Positions 35,832-46,477 of a DNA stretch of 64,000 bases are shown here, one piece after another; position 1 is the stretch's first letter; the number at the start of each line of letters is the position of its first letter. The stretch lies in the sequence record PV467749.1; one strand, given 5' to 3'. A model generated the notes under the pieces. It had not been told where the DNA came from and ran no database searches. It saw only the letters and a list, made by a program, of their open reading frames with translations. This stretch comes from a phage. The position numbers and the translations under genes were made by a program.

Positions 35832-36231
35832 GAACTTTACCTTTAAGTAGATTAATTAATGTTCGCATAGATTCAGTACTGACAGTACCAAAATCAACAC
35901 CTAAGCACTCGTATTGAAAGAACTCAATAGAATCAATTGAGTCCAAAGGAATCTCAACAACCTGATTCCCTATACCAGACATAGTAACATTGCTTTTATT
36001 AATCGTCAAGAAGTTTTTTGAATAAGTATTAAATTTTAGTGAAATCGCGTCGGGGTGCTTTGTAACAATGCAGTACTGGGAACCATACACATATAGTACT
36101 TTACTTTCACTAAGATCTGTTTTAAAAAAATGAATCCCATTGAAGTATTTCTCATTGGCTCCCATCGCCGCGATTAGTTCATCTGTTGTTGTTAACCTTG
36201 TTTCGTTCTTCGTTAAACTGTTGAAAAGCAT
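35818..36231 (-). CDS. FQ-motif family protein
   Basis: 137 aa; DSIEFFQYECLG. Confidence 0.65.
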   Translation of the reverse strand: MLFNSLTKNETRLTTTDELIAAMGANEKYFNGIHFFKTDLSESKVLYVYGSQYCIVTKHPDAISLKFNTYSKNFLTINKSNVTMSGIGNQVVEIPLDSIDSIEFFQYECLGVDFGTVSTESMRTLINLLKGKVHAFN

Positions 36232-36652
36232 AGAATACTACCTTAACCATTTGTAGTGTTTCAGACATTACTTCTGATGAAAATTCAACATCATTGAATT
36301 TCAGCATAGTGTTCTGTGTAAAGAAAGTTGCTTCTAAGTCTTCTAGATTGAAGGGTTCATCAAACAAATTAGTACTGAACATGTCAGTCTTCTTCTTGTA
36401 TGTGAACAAGAATTTGGAATTATAACGAAGAACTATTTCATCTTTATTGACCAGAATACGTGCAATGTTCTGACGTGCTAATGTGGTAATGTTTAAATTG
36501 AACACGTTCTTGCGTGTTTCTGTGATATCAACAAAATACCCATCTCCCTGATGGATATTACATCGTACATCCAACCCTTTCTGTACTGTATTGAACAGTG
36601 CATCTTGAATAAAATAATTTGCTGTATCGATGTTTCCTAAAATGTCTAACAT
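36179..36652 (-). CDS. FQ-motif family protein (degenerate motif)
   Basis: 157 aa; LEATFFTQNTML at the equivalent position. Confidence 0.6.
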   Translation of the reverse strand: MLDILGNIDTANYFIQDALFNTVQKGLDVRCNIHQGDGYFVDITETRKNVFNLNITTLARQNIARILVNKDEIVLRYNSKFLFTYKKKTDMFSTNLFDEPFNLEDLEATFFTQNTMLKFNDVEFSSEVMSETLQMVKVVFYAFQQFNEERNKVNNNR

Positions 36653-37164
36653 AACTTCTCCTTGATTGCTGTCATATTTAGAAGAAATTCTTCAAGCAAT
36701 TCCTCTGTAACATACTCAACATACCAGAATATCACAATATCTTTTGAAAGTCGAGTATTCTTAAAAATATCTACTAACTCTTTGTAGTACTCAAGATCAT
36801 ATACATCTTTTATAATTAGTGAGTACTGAAATAGTGATTCTTCAGTTAACTTAAATTCTGGATATAGTAGATCATTAAATTCCTTTGACCCAATTAGGAC
36901 TTTAATTTCTTTAAAATTATTTGTTATACCACCATTGCTTCCATATAACGCCGCATATTCCATGAATTTGGCTTTGGGGTTCCAGTCCAGAACCGTTTCC
37001 CCTTTATATGATAAACGATAGAACGCAGAGAACTTGGTTATTTCCCACGGTTGCTTAATGCCTAATTCATGTATATCAATCCCACTGTACAAAATATCAG
37101 TGAATATCTCACCAATCTTCAATAATAATTTAGTACGTGCTAGTACTGTCATAGGTTCAATCAT
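36646..37164 (-). CDS. FQ-motif family protein
   Basis: 172 aa; LTEESLFQYSLII. Confidence 0.7.
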   Translation of the reverse strand: MIEPMTVLARTKLLLKIGEIFTDILYSGIDIHELGIKQPWEITKFSAFYRLSYKGETVLDWNPKAKFMEYAALYGSNGGITNNFKEIKVLIGSKEFNDLLYPEFKLTEESLFQYSLIIKDVYDLEYYKELVDIFKNTRLSKDIVIFWYVEYVTEELLEEFLLNMTAIKEKLC

Positions 37165-37577
37165 TATACACCTTCATATTCATCAAGGAAATCTTCGATG
37201 ATCATTTCAGCTTCATCCATGTGCATAGCATCAACTTCAACAATGCGAACCTTAGACGTATCCCAAATCATATAGCTAGGAACTGTATCTGGTTCGTAAT
37301 CGTTTTTGTACTGAACTGCATCATAGCCGTTAATTTCGCAGTACTCAATCACTCCACGCCATTCGTCGTCACTGCCCATATCCGTCCACAGAAGCACGTT
37401 ATCAACATCAACTTCTAAGGTATGTAAGTATACTGTATCAGCGTCAACAACGTTCAGTGGGCTTCTCAGCTTGCGTAATGCAGCTTCTAAAGCACTGTGT
37501 TTACCTCCCATATGAAGGCCACCATACGGGATATAAAAGTTATCAATTTTTACAGTACTCGCATGATACAGTTTCAT
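37164..37577 (-). CDS. hypothetical protein (not an FQ-family member)
   Basis: 137 aa; MKLYHASTVKIDNFYIPYGGLHMGGKHSALEAA...; acidic C-terminus. Confidence 0.65.
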   Translation of the reverse strand: MKLYHASTVKIDNFYIPYGGLHMGGKHSALEAALRKLRSPLNVVDADTVYLHTLEVDVDNVLLWTDMGSDDEWRGVIEYCEINGYDAVQYKNDYEPDTVPSYMIWDTSKVRIVEVDAMHMDEAEMIIEDFLDEYEGV

Positions 37578-37586
37578 TATTCATTC

Positions 37587-38171
37587 CTATTTCAGTACTT
37601 TGACCAGGGCTTTAACCGCTGTTTCAAGTTGTGCAAAGTCGTTGATTGTAAGATAATGAATACCCAATGTACTCATTTCTGAATCTATTTTACTATACAA
37701 ATCGAACATGTCAAGTAGATATTGATATGTATATGACTCCGATGACACACATGATTCTTGAAATAGACGTTCTTCCATATCATTTACTACTTCATCATTT
37801 GCGTCTCGAATCACACCATCTTTGTATGTGTAGTAAATCTCATCCCATTCATCTGATAAGCGGAATAGTAAAGGTTTACCATTAAACATCTCAAGGTCAT
37901 ATGCATTGACTTCACTCAATAACATATCATCAGGATCAGGTGTGAAATCGAATTGAGCGAGTGAAGAACCATCATAATCCTTAAGGAATATACCAATAGC
38001 ATTCAATTTAACTTCGCCATAATTGCCATTCTTGAACTTTACACGAATATTAATATCAATGTTTTGAACAGTATCATCATCTTGGAATTGATAATCAATT
38101 TTATACTTTTCCCAAAGTTTTTTAATATCTTTAAAGTACTTAATTTTACTTTCTATTTCTTTAAAGTTCAT
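37587..38171 (-). CDS. FQ-motif family protein
   Basis: 194 aa; DMEERLFQESCVS. Confidence 0.7.
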   Translation of the reverse strand: MNFKEIESKIKYFKDIKKLWEKYKIDYQFQDDDTVQNIDINIRVKFKNGNYGEVKLNAIGIFLKDYDGSSLAQFDFTPDPDDMLLSEVNAYDLEMFNGKPLLFRLSDEWDEIYYTYKDGVIRDANDEVVNDMEERLFQESCVSSESYTYQYLLDMFDLYSKIDSEMSTLGIHYLTINDFAQLETAVKALVKVLK

Positions 38172-38763
38172 CTGGAACCGCCATCTCTTGTATGTTCTTG
38201 CATTTTATCATTGCACAATTAGTATGTAAAATGATAGCGTACTTGTGTAATGATTTAATTTTATAACACTCATTAAGTACTGAAATGATGCCCCATAACT
38301 CTTCTACATCAATAGTGATAGGTTCACTAGTACTAAGTTGCATTAGTGCTGCTTCCACATCATCTTTGTTATTGATTTTGAACTGCATACCACGTTTCAG
38401 TATTTTGGTTTTTGGGTTATACTCTGCCATTACATCACCTTCAGGGTAACCCTCGTGTAATAATAATGTAGTCTCATAATCTCCACAATTGAAATTAATT
38501 TCATCATAGTCAGGAACACAAATCATTCCTTCACCATATTGATTATCTACTGATTCGATTGTTAAAATACGCTGATGTTCATTACTCAGGATAATAGAAT
38601 CATGCCAGTACTGCGTAGTGAATTTACTACGTTTCTTTTGACAGCACATACTTGACATGGGACCATACTTTTTATATAGGGACTTCTTGAATGCTATCGC
38701 ATCAGGAGCCACCTTAATAACTTCTCGAATTAGGTCAATAGCTTCTTGATAACTTTTTCTCAT
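38161..38763 (-). CDS. FQ-motif family protein (degenerate motif)
   Basis: 200 aa from ATG 38763 (ATGA overlap); VEAALMQLSTSE. Confidence 0.6.
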   Translation of the reverse strand: MRKSYQEAIDLIREVIKVAPDAIAFKKSLYKKYGPMSSMCCQKKRSKFTTQYWHDSIILSNEHQRILTIESVDNQYGEGMICVPDYDEINFNCGDYETTLLLHEGYPEGDVMAEYNPKTKILKRGMQFKINNKDDVEAALMQLSTSEPITIDVEELWGIISVLNECYKIKSLHKYAIILHTNCAMIKCKNIQEMAVPDEL

Positions 38764-39311
38764 TTGTCGTACCCATATAAAATATGATCTAAAGTGCATT
38801 GAACTTCTTCATGGAAGAACAGTGGGTAAATTTGTATCAATTTTTCTTTAAGTTCAAGTGAATGACATAATTCTAATGCTTTGATACAATCTTCATATTT
38901 GACTAAATTATGCAATGTACTTAACTGAAAATGTTGTTCTTCAGAGTAAGCTAAATCATATACCAAATTATCATCTAAAAGGTTTGATTTCTTTGAAGGA
39001 TCAAGTACTGTGTTGCTATGACCTACCCAGAAAAAAGCATTGGTGTTCATATTATTACAACCCCAACCTGCCCCCATTTTCTGGTGAATAGCAAAGACAC
39101 AACTATCATAGAGAATAATACCAAGACGCTCTTCGTTGACATAAATCGTAACACCATCGATTGTCATGGTTATTTGGAAACGCATTGAACCTTCACTTCG
39201 TGAACGTGCACAGAAGCCAAGATAACGGTTAATAATTGTATTGATTTTATCTGCCCATCCTTCCACATCTTTGGATGCACATAATTTAAAAAGATCATGA
39301 CTTTGATTCAT
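38760..39311 (-). CDS. FQ-motif family protein
   Basis: 183 aa; YSEEQHFQLSTLH. Confidence 0.7.
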   Translation of the reverse strand: MNQSHDLFKLCASKDVEGWADKINTIINRYLGFCARSRSEGSMRFQITMTIDGVTIYVNEERLGIILYDSCVFAIHQKMGAGWGCNNMNTNAFFWVGHSNTVLDPSKKSNLLDDNLVYDLAYSEEQHFQLSTLHNLVKYEDCIKALELCHSLELKEKLIQIYPLFFHEEVQCTLDHILYGYDK

Positions 39312-39322
39312 GTAGTTCTCCG

Positions 39323-39904
39323 TTAATCAAGCATAAGTGGCATCATCGCCCATATCTTTTTCATAATCATATCTTCAGTAAAAACAAACGTTTTAGGTGC
39401 AGTATATGATATTGACAACCCAAATGGAAGTACGATTGCATCATCAATTATATTATGAATATCAAACCATGTTTTTACACAATCATATGGTGGAAGTTCA
39501 TGTATTGTACTTAACTGAAAGTATTGTTCTTCACCAAATGTACTGCAATCAATATCACAAATTTTAGTGAATTGATGATTCCATTTAGATATAATACTGT
39601 TTTTATTATTGAACATATTAGTTCTATGCATGAAACCATTTCTGCTAATATGATTTGATATTGCGTTTTCTTCAATATCATTGCTTATTTTAAAATTCAT
39701 GTCAAAGTTGTAGTGCGAACTCGACGATTCTTTGAATTTTAAATGAAAATAACGATTGTTATTAATTTCCATTTCAATACAAAACACATCTGAATCAAAA
39801 CGATTAAACTTGTAATCGTTGTCTTCAGGTAGAGTTTGTAATTTTTTCATAACACCAAGCATAGGGTGCACTAAGCTTCTAATAAAATCATTAGTTATTT
39901 TCAT
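39323..39904 (-). CDS. FQ-motif family protein
   Basis: 193 aa; FGEEQYFQLSTIH. Confidence 0.7.
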   Translation of the reverse strand: MKITNDFIRSLVHPMLGVMKKLQTLPEDNDYKFNRFDSDVFCIEMEINNNRYFHLKFKESSSSHYNFDMNFKISNDIEENAISNHISRNGFMHRTNMFNNKNSIISKWNHQFTKICDIDCSTFGEEQYFQLSTIHELPPYDCVKTWFDIHNIIDDAIVLPFGLSISYTAPKTFVFTEDMIMKKIWAMMPLMLD

Positions 39905-40397
39905 AGTATTCCTTTAGAACTTTAAATGATTCAACAATACTATCTTGTGTGTAATTAGAACTATATACAATTGCATTTGATTTGATTGACCACAGATATG
40001 ACATAAAGGTTATAACACTACTACATGAACTTAATGTATTGTTTTGGAATTCATTTTCTTCAATGTTATCAGTACTGGTATTGATGAATTGGATAGTATC
40101 TTGTTTCTGATTAGACATTGAAACTAAAGTACAATCAGTATAAGGAGTGTACAAAAACGTCTCATTACTAATTGAACTATCATTAGTATATGATGGTTTG
40201 GTAATATAAATCAAACGCATGATATCACGCTCAATACCCGATTTACGACTTTCCACTAAAGAAATCATATCTATATTTTTCATATGATCAACATTGACAT
40301 GGAACTTTTTGTTTAGAATTACATCTTTTGGGGAATTTTTATATGAAGATAAGATCTCATACATCTCAACTAATTCTCGTGCATTTAATAAACTCAT
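39891..40397 (-). CDS. FQ-motif family protein
   Basis: 168 aa; NIEENEFQNNTLS. Confidence 0.7.
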   Translation of the reverse strand: MSLLNARELVEMYEILSSYKNSPKDVILNKKFHVNVDHMKNIDMISLVESRKSGIERDIMRLIYITKPSYTNDSSISNETFLYTPYTDCTLVSMSNQKQDTIQFINTSTDNIEENEFQNNTLSSCSSVITFMSYLWSIKSNAIVYSSNYTQDSIVESFKVLKEYYENN

Positions 40398-40822
40398 GTT
40401 TTGTCTCTTAATGAAAGAATATCCTTAGTATAAACTGATACAGAAATGTGATTGTATTTCATCATTAATTTATACACATAAGAAGCTAGTACTAAATCGT
40501 AAATTAATTTAGTATCATACAGTACTCCGTATTGTAAAGCAAGTGAATCAATATCATCTTTACTTTCAATATCCAGAAATGTGCCGAAATATGTAGTACC
40601 GTGGAGATGAAAATTGGAATTAATGCAATCAATGCATTCATTGTCCAACAGAGTAGATGATGATGCCCTCGGTGAATCCCAAATAGTCACTGCGTGTATG
40701 CCCTCAACGAACAAATCTATCCATATTTTGTGTCGTTGTCTTTTTTTTGTTTTATAATTTTCTGGATTTGAAAGTGTAGTTTCAATTATATCCCATATGT
40801 ATAAGCATTCATCTCTTGTCAT
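40394..40822 (-). CDS. FQ-motif family protein (degenerate motif)
   Basis: 142 aa; IDSLALQYGVLYD. Confidence 0.6.
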   Translation of the reverse strand: MTRDECLYIWDIIETTLSNPENYKTKKRQRHKIWIDLFVEGIHAVTIWDSPRASSSTLLDNECIDCINSNFHLHGTTYFGTFLDIESKDDIDSLALQYGVLYDTKLIYDLVLASYVYKLMMKYNHISVSVYTKDILSLRDKT

Positions 40823-41400
40823 TATAGCACCTTATCCATTGCTGCATTTAATGCTTTTAAACGATCAACATTCAAAGTATTGAAGATGTACGTTCCTAAA
40901 ATGTGGAAATCGAACTGGTTCTTTTTGTATGTGTGATAAATTAAACTACAAAAAACAACAGTACTAAGAACCTCTTCCGGTATAACGGTGCTCATCTGAA
41001 ACAGTTCTTCATCAACTGTACTTGATTCTGGATTGATAGCTTTTAACTCATACTCTTTATCACCGAATAGTACTTTAATATTATATAAAACACCAACAGT
41101 ACTAATATGAAATGGGTGGTGTGAAAAACTTCCATCATCATTAATTTGGATATCGGATCTAATCTCGCACTCTTCATTACTTTTACTATTATTTTTTACA
41201 ATACAAATATTCCTGGCACCAGAAATAGTAAGAATACCGTGATCGTAATATTCTTTGGACATACATTTAGATGAAAATGACACATCACGAATGAGGTAAT
41301 GTTTGTTAATTTCTTTGGCACTACCAACAATGTGTAGCATCTTTGTACTGATATCATATAGCTGTTGGTGTCTGGCTGTCATATAACTATAAGCGTTCAT
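40822..41400 (-). CDS. FQ-motif family protein
   Basis: 192 aa; TVDEELFQMSTVI. Confidence 0.7.
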   Translation of the reverse strand: MNAYSYMTARHQQLYDISTKMLHIVGSAKEINKHYLIRDVSFSSKCMSKEYYDHGILTISGARNICIVKNNSKSNEECEIRSDIQINDDGSFSHHPFHISTVGVLYNIKVLFGDKEYELKAINPESSTVDEELFQMSTVIPEEVLSTVVFCSLIYHTYKKNQFDFHILGTYIFNTLNVDRLKALNAAMDKVL

Positions 41401-41971
41401 ATGTATCCTTGATGTTTTTGATTGCCGTGTGTAGCTCTTTTAATGTATCGGATTCACAGTTAATGAACTTACTATACATTACCAATTCACCAGTGTCAAT
41501 AGCTTTTGCAGTTTCATAGCAAAGCATCATGTACTCAAACTCCTTGAAGTTGTCAAGTACTGATCTCTGGAAAATGTATGCTTCACGAATGTCTTCACTT
41601 TGATCTAGTTCTGGTGGAATTTCCAAATATGTATCATTCTCTACGTCATCAAAATTAGATTCAACAATTCGATTAATATCTTCGTGTAAAGCATTGACAA
41701 ATATCATGTTTGGAGTAATGGAACCGATTTGCTCACTATGCCTTGATGTGCGGATATACATTGCCATAGTATCCCATGAACCTTTTTTCGTCGTTCCATA
41801 ATCGTAAACTTTATAAGACTCCAGTACTACTGAACCAAAACGATATGGTGATTTGCATTCAACTTTAAGACGATAATTTCCAATAGGCTCATGTTCAGTA
41901 ATGTTGTGCTTTTCAGATAGTTCTGCAATGTCATGCATCAATTTCATAATTTGAATATGTTCAGCTTGCAT
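41387..41971 (-). CDS. FQ-motif family protein
   Basis: 194 aa; IREAYIFQRSVLD. Confidence 0.7.
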   Translation of the reverse strand: MQAEHIQIMKLMHDIAELSEKHNITEHEPIGNYRLKVECKSPYRFGSVVLESYKVYDYGTTKKGSWDTMAMYIRTSRHSEQIGSITPNMIFVNALHEDINRIVESNFDDVENDTYLEIPPELDQSEDIREAYIFQRSVLDNFKEFEYMMLCYETAKAIDTGELVMYSKFINCESDTLKELHTAIKNIKDTYERL

Positions 41972-42534
41972 TATAAGTCCTCTAATTTAACAGGTACATG
42001 TTCATTGATGAACGTCTTAAGAGCCAGTACTAGATCTTCTAATTCTTCTGTACTGAATTTTAATATAGTTTTAAAGATTATCAATTCATTTCTTTCTATA
42101 ATCTTTGGAATTTCATATGCTAACATAAGATTGCGAACAGTACCAGCGTTGTGTATGAGGTTCGCATTGAATAAAAGTACATCGTACTCGTCTTTTTTAA
42201 TTTTATAATTGTACTCTTCAATTACTTCATGTGTGTATGTATTCTTATAAGCAATTTTATTTTTATGAAATTTATAACCAACAGTAACACTATCATCATA
42301 AAATGTAGAACGATAATCTTGTTTTCTATCGCCGGACGAAATGATGTGTAATGCTGTGTATTTGTCCTCAACATCTAACTCAATGTTTGCATAACTGTTA
42401 ACAGTTTCATTCTTTAGGACGTTAATGTTATATTTCTCATTAACTTTAATGTACTGGCGTGAACCATTATCATCAATGAACTTAAAACAATGCTTTACCA
42501 ACAATGTGATTTCTTTAATTAATTCAGTACTCAT
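41971..42534 (-). CDS. FQ-motif family protein (degenerate motif)
   Basis: 187 aa; DEYDVLLFNANLIH. Confidence 0.6.
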   Translation of the reverse strand: MSTELIKEITLLVKHCFKFIDDNGSRQYIKVNEKYNINVLKNETVNSYANIELDVEDKYTALHIISSGDRKQDYRSTFYDDSVTVGYKFHKNKIAYKNTYTHEVIEEYNYKIKKDEYDVLLFNANLIHNAGTVRNLMLAYEIPKIIERNELIIFKTILKFSTEELEDLVLALKTFINEHVPVKLEDL

Positions 42535-42561
42535 ATCTTCTCCTGTACTCTGTTAAAAGCG

Positions 42562-42590
42562 ATTATAACACACCTGAATGCTCATGTAAA
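42562..42590 (-). promoter_or_regulatory. sigma70-like promoter with extended -10
   Basis: Minus strand TTTACA-N17-TATAAT with TGT upstream of the -10; directly after the terminator. Confidence 0.6.
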
Positions 42591-42600
42591 GCACTAAACA

Positions 42601-42621
42601 CAAAAAGACCCATAAGGGTCT
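42601..42621 (-). terminator. intrinsic terminator
   Basis: AGACCC-ATAA-GGGTCT followed on the minus strand by TTTTTG; abuts the stop of 42622..43140. Confidence 0.7.
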
Positions 42622-43140
42622 TTATTTTGGTAAAACGCTGTCAATGTACGCTAGAGCCTCATCTCGGAGGTACGTTCCATCTATCGTTATGTAATAGTTC
42701 TTAGGGATATCACTACCAATCTTCTCGTAAATTTTCATACATGATATCACATCTTCATCACAAATGGTACTCAATTGAAACTGTACTTCATCAGTTAAAG
42801 GTACGATATCATGTTTAGATGGGGGGTTGGTATTTTCATTCAAAACAATATCAAACAAATTAGGAGTATTCTTTGACGAAATGTAACGATGTTTACTACG
42901 AATTACCATTCTCGACAGAGAAATACTGGAACTCCATCTTGGGTCCACATCTTCGTATGTTAACGCAATTAACATTTCATAATAATCTTGGAATTTCATT
43001 GATGCATAATATGTTTTGTCCTCACCGTACATTCCAAATGATTTGAATTCAATGTCACCTACATTGTGTGTATCGCTATCACTATTCACGAATTTTAACA
43101 GACTGTTGATTAGTCTGATTAGAATATCATCTTTATTCAT
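42622..43140 (-). CDS. FQ-motif family protein
   Basis: 172 aa from ATG 43140 (8-nt overlap with the upstream stop); LTDEVQFQLSTIC. Confidence 0.7.
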   Translation of the reverse strand: MNKDDILIRLINSLLKFVNSDSDTHNVGDIEFKSFGMYGEDKTYYASMKFQDYYEMLIALTYEDVDPRWSSSISLSRMVIRSKHRYISSKNTPNLFDIVLNENTNPPSKHDIVPLTDEVQFQLSTICDEDVISCMKIYEKIGSDIPKNYYITIDGTYLRDEALAYIDSVLPK

Positions 43141-43699
43141 TATCAGATAACTCCCTGTGCATGTTGTATAAATCTCTAAAGTCCTGATAGAAATCTTTTT
43201 CTTCAAGAATATCTTTTAAACTAGGAATCTCATCCATAATCTCATCGATATCAGTTTCAATAGTAAAACCTGATTTATAATTTTGTAAGAGATAACTAAA
43301 AGCAACAATGTAAAGAATTTCATTTGGTTTATGGATTAACATGTGTTGGAACATAACTGATTCTAAATCAGATTCAGTACTAAGGTCAGCATAACATGTA
43401 TCGTTTATGTCAATTCGTACTTTACTTGAATTTGGATTCCATGTAAAGCAATGTGTTCCAACTGTTCCCAAACATCCTACTCTTGTACTATCATTTGTTC
43501 CCAAAAAGATATCAAAATACGTTTCATCTGTATAATCGTATTTTTGTACTTTACCTTTTTTAAGGCATAAATCATTATCCTTTCGAAAAGTTTTAGATGA
43601 TAGTGTATCAATGATGCACATTAATGTTTTTGCAAATGCAATACAATGACGTAATTCAAGTCTATGGAAATTATAATTAGTAAAATTCAAAAAATTCAT
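43133..43699 (-). CDS. FQ-motif family protein
   Basis: 188 aa; DLESVMFQHMLIH. Confidence 0.7.
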   Translation of the reverse strand: MNFLNFTNYNFHRLELRHCIAFAKTLMCIIDTLSSKTFRKDNDLCLKKGKVQKYDYTDETYFDIFLGTNDSTRVGCLGTVGTHCFTWNPNSSKVRIDINDTCYADLSTESDLESVMFQHMLIHKPNEILYIVAFSYLLQNYKSGFTIETDIDEIMDEIPSLKDILEEKDFYQDFRDLYNMHRELSDNE

Positions 43700-44238
43700 A
43701 ATTGTACCTTCAATATTTTATCAGCAATTGATATAACCTTGTCATTGAATACATTACCAATTTCAATTCTTATATACATCGCAGGTGGAATCTTTCCCTG
43801 AAGTGCATAATATGTTTGTATACCTAAGTACTCATTATTTGATAATGAAAATTTGATTCTCTCCATATCTATGTCTGATTTTGGTAAATCTAAGAATTCA
43901 TGATGGAAGTCAACATTTTCAGTGTATATCTGTTCGACGTAATTTGAATAGTCACTACTAATGTAGATGCTATCATCACGAACAATTACTTTATAATCAG
44001 AAGGTTCAAACTTATCTTTAGGAGAAAAGAAGACATCATCTATCTTCTCTTCTCGTATACCGAATAACAATTTACCATCGTACTTTACATCAAGCATACT
44101 ACCTAGAATAGTAATTACACAATGTTCATCAATGTCATGACGTAATGAACGAGTCTTGTATTTTGGGTTAATGAAAATTTTCATTAATTTTATACAAATG
44201 TCGGCAATGCATTTTACATTATCATTTTCTATGTACAT
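43696..44238 (-). CDS. FQ-motif family protein (degenerate motif)
   Basis: 180 aa; DMERIKFSLSNNE. Confidence 0.6.
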   Translation of the reverse strand: MYIENDNVKCIADICIKLMKIFINPKYKTRSLRHDIDEHCVITILGSMLDVKYDGKLLFGIREEKIDDVFFSPKDKFEPSDYKVIVRDDSIYISSDYSNYVEQIYTENVDFHHEFLDLPKSDIDMERIKFSLSNNEYLGIQTYYALQGKIPPAMYIRIEIGNVFNDKVISIADKILKVQL

Positions 44239-44716
44239 CGTAAATCCTCTTTAATTCTTTTACATTTTTAATGAATACTTTCATTGCAGAAATCTCAAAA
44301 GCTAATGATTTAAATTTGCAGTACTTTTTAAAGTACGACATAATGAATAGCATTTTGAGTTCTTTTTCTGTGTAAATTAAACTATTTTGAAAGTAACTTT
44401 CTTCTGATAAATCATCAAGAAAAGGATATACAACTCCATTTGGAGTCAAGAACATGACACGTTCACTCCAAGATCTAAATGAAATGTAATCAGTCTTACC
44501 ACATTCATATAAGGAGTTTATCATTCCGTCAATCATTAAGGAGAACTCAATACTGTATCCTAATCGTTGACACTTGTATCTCTTATCTTCTTTCTTTGTA
44601 ATTACAAAGTGACGACCCAATGCGTCTTTGTTATCGAAAATGAAATCAACTGTCTCTAAACACTCCTTAGCGAACTTTATAGTTTCTCTGTACTTTCGGT
44701 TCATTAGTCTCTCCAA
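44222..44716 (-). CDS. FQ-motif family protein
   Basis: 164 aa; LSEESYFQNSLIY. Confidence 0.7.
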   Translation of the reverse strand: MERLMNRKYRETIKFAKECLETVDFIFDNKDALGRHFVITKKEDKRYKCQRLGYSIEFSLMIDGMINSLYECGKTDYISFRSWSERVMFLTPNGVVYPFLDDLSEESYFQNSLIYTEKELKMLFIMSYFKKYCKFKSLAFEISAMKVFIKNVKELKRIYDVHRK

Positions 44717-45117
44717 ACTTTACCAGGGAAGTGTTTCTCGTAGAACTCATCATCACTTAACATATAATCAGGTGTTTCTACTTCTATGGGTTTGTAGAAT
44801 GTTTCTGGAATGTGTGTAATTTTATTGGGTAGTACTTTATGTTCGCGTAAAACCTTCTGTATAGCTCCTAGACGTTGTAAATCAATACAGCCCGGCAGAA
44901 CTAAGCTGTACTGAAATAGCTCATCAGGGGTCATTATAGATACATCCTTGGCTTGTTTGATTTTATTGTTGGCATTAATGAATATATCAAATCCAAGTAC
45001 TGCATTATAGCTTACATATGTTGTTTTGTTTTTGTCAATAGCTGCACTTAAACTATATCCATATATTCCATGTTGGTCAACAATGCATCGTTGCATAATT
45101 TTAATCATTTCGAACAT
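44704..45117 (-). CDS. FQ-motif family protein
   Basis: 137 aa; MTPDELFQYSLVL. Confidence 0.7.
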   Translation of the reverse strand: MFEMIKIMQRCIVDQHGIYGYSLSAAIDKNKTTYVSYNAVLGFDIFINANNKIKQAKDVSIMTPDELFQYSLVLPGCIDLQRLGAIQKVLREHKVLPNKITHIPETFYKPIEVETPDYMLSDDEFYEKHFPGKVWRD

Positions 45118-45463
45118 AATTTACCTCGTATGTGTTATAATTCCACGTTTTAACACTATCCATTTGTATATCCTGAACTTCATGGAAATATTTAAGTACC
45201 TTCTGGTATTCCATTAGTTCGTACACATCTTCAGTATTGACAGTGCTCTCCTGAAACAATTCCTCTTCTGATAAAGTACTATAATCAGGGATTTTTATTT
45301 CAGAATATATCTCATTCATATATGAATCATTTTGGTAAATCTGTAGATAAAACTGATTATATTCAGGGATATAGGTTACGAAATGGTTCTTGATGAATTC
45401 ATATCTTGAAGCAAAGCAATCATTGCCATCCGTCATGTACTGAATTGTTGTTGTATTATGCAT
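45101..45463 (-). CDS. FQ-motif family protein (short form)
   Basis: 120 aa; LSEEELFQESTVN. Confidence 0.7.
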   Translation of the reverse strand: MHNTTTIQYMTDGNDCFASRYEFIKNHFVTYIPEYNQFYLQIYQNDSYMNEIYSEIKIPDYSTLSEEELFQESTVNTEDVYELMEYQKVLKYFHEVQDIQMDSVKTWNYNTYEVNYVRND

Positions 45464-45938
45464 TCAAATAATCCACGCATTTATGGTATACATCTAAATC
45501 TAAAAAGAATCGTTGTTTGTATTTGTAATGATGAAGTAGTGCACCATAAAGTAATATAGCATTAAGTACTTTTGCATCATGAATACAAGACCCTTGGAAG
45601 TACATTTCTTCTGTCATGAAAACTAACTCATTGTACGGGATAAGCACTGAATCTCTAAATGTATCAATGTTAATCTTCAAATCGGACCCTTGGCAATATG
45701 AAATATATTCACCTCGGTAATGAAAGTCATTATCGTCAAAGTACTCAGCATATACTTGATTGTTCCTATTATTTTTAAAGGCAAGTCTTCCTTTGGTTGA
45801 ACTGAATTGGTCATATTGGAACATTCCACCAAAAGGCATTCCACCGAAAGGTTGGGGACTTCTGAACTCCTTTGCAATGCGATGAATGTTAGATGCAAAT
45901 TCTAAAACACCATCGTAATCATATTCTGTTGTAATCAT
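45456..45938 (-). CDS. FQ-motif family protein
   Basis: 160 aa; MTEEMYFQGSCIH (EEMYFQGS encoded at 45588-45611). Confidence 0.7.
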   Translation of the reverse strand: MITTEYDYDGVLEFASNIHRIAKEFRSPQPFGGMPFGGMFQYDQFSSTKGRLAFKNNRNNQVYAEYFDDNDFHYRGEYISYCQGSDLKINIDTFRDSVLIPYNELVFMTEEMYFQGSCIHDAKVLNAILLYGALLHHYKYKQRFFLDLDVYHKCVDYLNA

Positions 45939-46414
45939 AGACCATTTTTCTCCATGTACTCAATGATTTCATCTACGAAGTTTAAATCCATATAGAATCT
46001 ATCATTTGCGTCATTGAGTTCATCTTTAAGTACTGTAAAAATTGTAGAACTAAACACGATTCTCTCATTGTACAAAGTACTGTACTGGAAGAATTCTTCT
46101 TCTGATCTAACATTAAATGTGTCATATTCATCATCATCATTAGATCTAGGATGATAGTACTTAAAACTATCAGATGTATGGAAACAATATGAGATAAAAT
46201 CCCCTGATGGTGCATCGTCAAGTACACGAATACCACAGAAATTCTCATCTGTAGTATGCAACAAATTGCTATTCATTGACAAATAATTTTTGTACGCATA
46301 AAGTGTGCATCGTGGGAGAATTATATTCTCTTTAACTGTTACAAGGAACTTATGAAGTTTAATGATATTTTGTGCGATTTTTTGTGCATTGCTAAATGAT
46401 AGGTCTTTGGACAT
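45935..46414 (-). CDS. FQ-motif family protein
   Basis: 159 aa; RSEEEFFQYSTLY; C-terminal FYMDLNF. Confidence 0.7.
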   Translation of the reverse strand: MSKDLSFSNAQKIAQNIIKLHKFLVTVKENIILPRCTLYAYKNYLSMNSNLLHTTDENFCGIRVLDDAPSGDFISYCFHTSDSFKYYHPRSNDDDEYDTFNVRSEEEFFQYSTLYNERIVFSSTIFTVLKDELNDANDRFYMDLNFVDEIIEYMEKNGL

Positions 46415-46447
46415 TGTGATATAACCCTTTACAATTAATATAAAGAG

Positions 46448-46477
46448 ATTATATCACAAAGATTTGGAGGGTGTCAA
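46448..46477 (-). promoter_or_regulatory. sigma70-like promoter with extended -10
   Basis: Minus strand TTGACA-N18-TATAAT with TGA; -35 overlaps the TGA stop of 46474..47007. Confidence 0.6.
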